Source: Alphaproteobacteria bacterium (lineage in GTDB: Bacteria; Pseudomonadota; Alphaproteobacteria; Rs-D84). From it: a stretch of DNA of 64,000 nt. Below the pieces are notes generated by a model. The model ran no database searches, was not told the origin of the DNA, and saw nothing but the letters and a program-made list of their open reading frames with translations. The DNA is taken from positions 8,703-72,702 of the forward strand of contig JAFRSV010000011.1 of the NCBI GenBank assembly GCA_017427405.1. Reading direction: 5' to 3'. Positions 62,670 through 64,000 of the stretch are shown piece after piece (position 1 is the first letter of the stretch; each line of letters begins with the position of its first letter). Position numbers and translations under genes: made by a program.

Positions 62670-62904
62670 ATAAAATCCTTTGAATAAAGTTTATTAAAAA
62701 AAAGTTCCGCGCAAAAAACGCGGAACAAAGGAGTCAGTAACAATTACATTATGTATGTATATTATAACACAACATAAAACAAAAATCAAATTATAAACAA
62801 ACAGTGCAAAAATAAAAGTTATGTTTCTATTAAAAATAGAATTGCTTGAATATATTCTTATTTATGACACAATCGATTCGTTACAAAAATAAAAAGGAGA
62901 AAAC

Positions 62905-63144
62905 ATGACTAATGATCAATTATGGGATGCAATCATAAACCTTGCCAAATGGTTAAATTTATCGTGTTCGGGGCTTGCGAAACTTGCGGGATTGGATGCA
63001 ACAACATTTAACAAAAGTAAACGCATCAACCGTTTTGGCGAAAAACGTTGGCCGACAACATGCAGTTTGGCCAAGGTCCTGAACGCCACCGGATTCACCC
63101 TTGCGGAATTTGCCAAAAAATTCATGCCAAAGGATAATCGATAA
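62905..63144 (+). CDS. Small helix-turn-helix (XRE/phage-repressor-like) DNA-binding protein
   Basis: 79 aa. LSCSGLAKLAGLDATTFNKSKR resembles an HTH_3-type motif. Divergent from the lysozyme gene across an AT-rich region. Confidence 0.5.
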   Translation: MTNDQLWDAIINLAKWLNLSCSGLAKLAGLDATTFNKSKRINRFGEKRWPTTCSLAKVLNATGFTLAEFAKKFMPKDNR

Positions 63145-63500
63145 TTTTTTTATTAAACAAAAAGCCCTTGTATTAATTTTTGTTATTTAGTATATTGCCA
63201 TCACAATAGGGGAAAGGGGTTAATTTACTGTATTTGCGGGTATCAGATATGAAAAAATTGTGTGCAACAATTTTTTTTCGCGATTTATGTGTTGGCCGTG
63301 GTATCTGTGCATGTCAAGCAATTCGTAGGCAGAATTGGTAATGTAAAGAATAAAAAATCATGGGGTATACGAACATGTTACAAATAATACGCGTATTACA
63401 CAATAAATATACAAGGATAGTTGATGCTTTACAAGAACGGCTGTTTTTTTGATTGTATAGGTGATATGTATAAATTTTGCATAGGGGTATTTTAAGCGGG

Positions 63501-64000
63501 ATGTTAAACACTAAGAAAAAAATTTTTGATGCACAAAATATTCGCCGGATTGCGTTGCGACTGTGTTGCGCGTTTGCATTTATTTTTATTATGTTTACCG
63601 CCGCAAACGCATGTACCACGAACCAAATAACCCTAAGTGATAATTCCTGTGTTGATGTTAAATTTACAATCACAACAACGGCCATTAAAAATAAATCTAT
63701 CAGCATCAATATCAGTGCCCAAGGTATGTTTTATATAGAGTGGGAACCCGGTAATGTTGAAGTCGTTGATCGTACCAATACAACAACAAATTCAACATAC
63801 AGCAACAGATATGGAAACAAAAACACTGAAAGAACCATTCGCATCGGTGGGCTGGCCACGGCATATTCCACCAGTGACACGACCGCCGCAATTTCATTTA
63901 CATCTTCGGCCAAGTATATTGCAGGAATAAGTGGTTCATTAACAGATTTGTTCCCGGAATATGGAACCGGGGATGGACAATCGCCGATTTTTTATCGAAC
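63501..64000 (+). CDS. Secreted hypothetical protein, 3' end beyond window
   Basis: Open frame from ATG 63501 to the window edge. It is absent from the ORF track because it has no stop. N-terminal signal/anchor IALRLCCAFAFIFIMFTAANA, then Thr/Ser/Asn-rich sequence. Confidence 0.5.
   Translation, partial: MLNTKKKIFDAQNIRRIALRLCCAFAFIFIMFTAANACTTNQITLSDNSCVDVKFTITTTAIKNKSISINISAQGMFYIEWEPGNVEVVDRTNTTTNSTYSNRYGNKNTERTIRIGGLATAYSTSDTTAAISFTSSAKYIAGISGSLTDLFPEYGTGDGQSPIFYR

Noticed and set aside
62701-62730. Hairpin GTTCCGCG-CAAAAAA-CGCGGAAC upstream of the lysozyme gene as a terminator
   Set aside because: It has a T-run only when read on the minus strand, where no upstream gene is present to terminate (the neighbouring HTH gene is on the plus strand). 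Its function is unclear, so it is not annotated.

Overview
This is a chromosomal window from what looks like an alphaproteobacterium. The evidence is a circularly permuted two-piece tmRNA gene with an ANDN...AA tag, an RNase E with an acidic insertion, and typical housekeeping genes (PBP1A, rph, recG, aroK, mscL, prfB with its +1 frameshift, obg, tsaB/rimI, amiC, ihfB). It also carries anaerobe-style redox proteins: DUF362, flavodoxin, rubrerythrin and a 1-Cys peroxiredoxin. One uninterrupted 22.1-kb ORF (27743-49876, 7377 aa) takes up a third of the window. It encodes a signal-peptide-bearing, very cysteine-rich protein made of dozens of Listeria-Bacteroides (InlB B-repeat / Flg_new)-like units, interleaved with eukaryote-like ephrin-receptor-like (GCC2/GCC3) cysteine motifs and three paralogous modules of unknown type. 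Its stop lies 12 nt upstream of a tightly overlapping MlaE/MlaF/MCE/PqiC-like lipid-transport operon, with no terminator between them. Other notable content: (1) a decayed toxin/immunity array next to tRNA-Arg, in which DUF2778/Tlde1-like L,D-transpeptidase-fold toxin remnants each precede a small multi-TM protein; (2) a dispersed family of intergenic palindromic mosaic elements with (C/T)ACTAAC-type arms, in at least six copies; (3) tRNA-His and tRNA-Arg 3'-end duplications; (4) a Lon homologue that lacks its protease domain; (5) a fused AccD-AccA; (6) an alkyltransferase-like (PWHR) protein coupled to an HExxH protein; (7) a phage-type lysozyme islet beside tRNA-Ser. Five tRNAs and one tmRNA were identified by hand folding. 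All functional calls rest on motif recognition from the translated ORFs, because no database search could be run.
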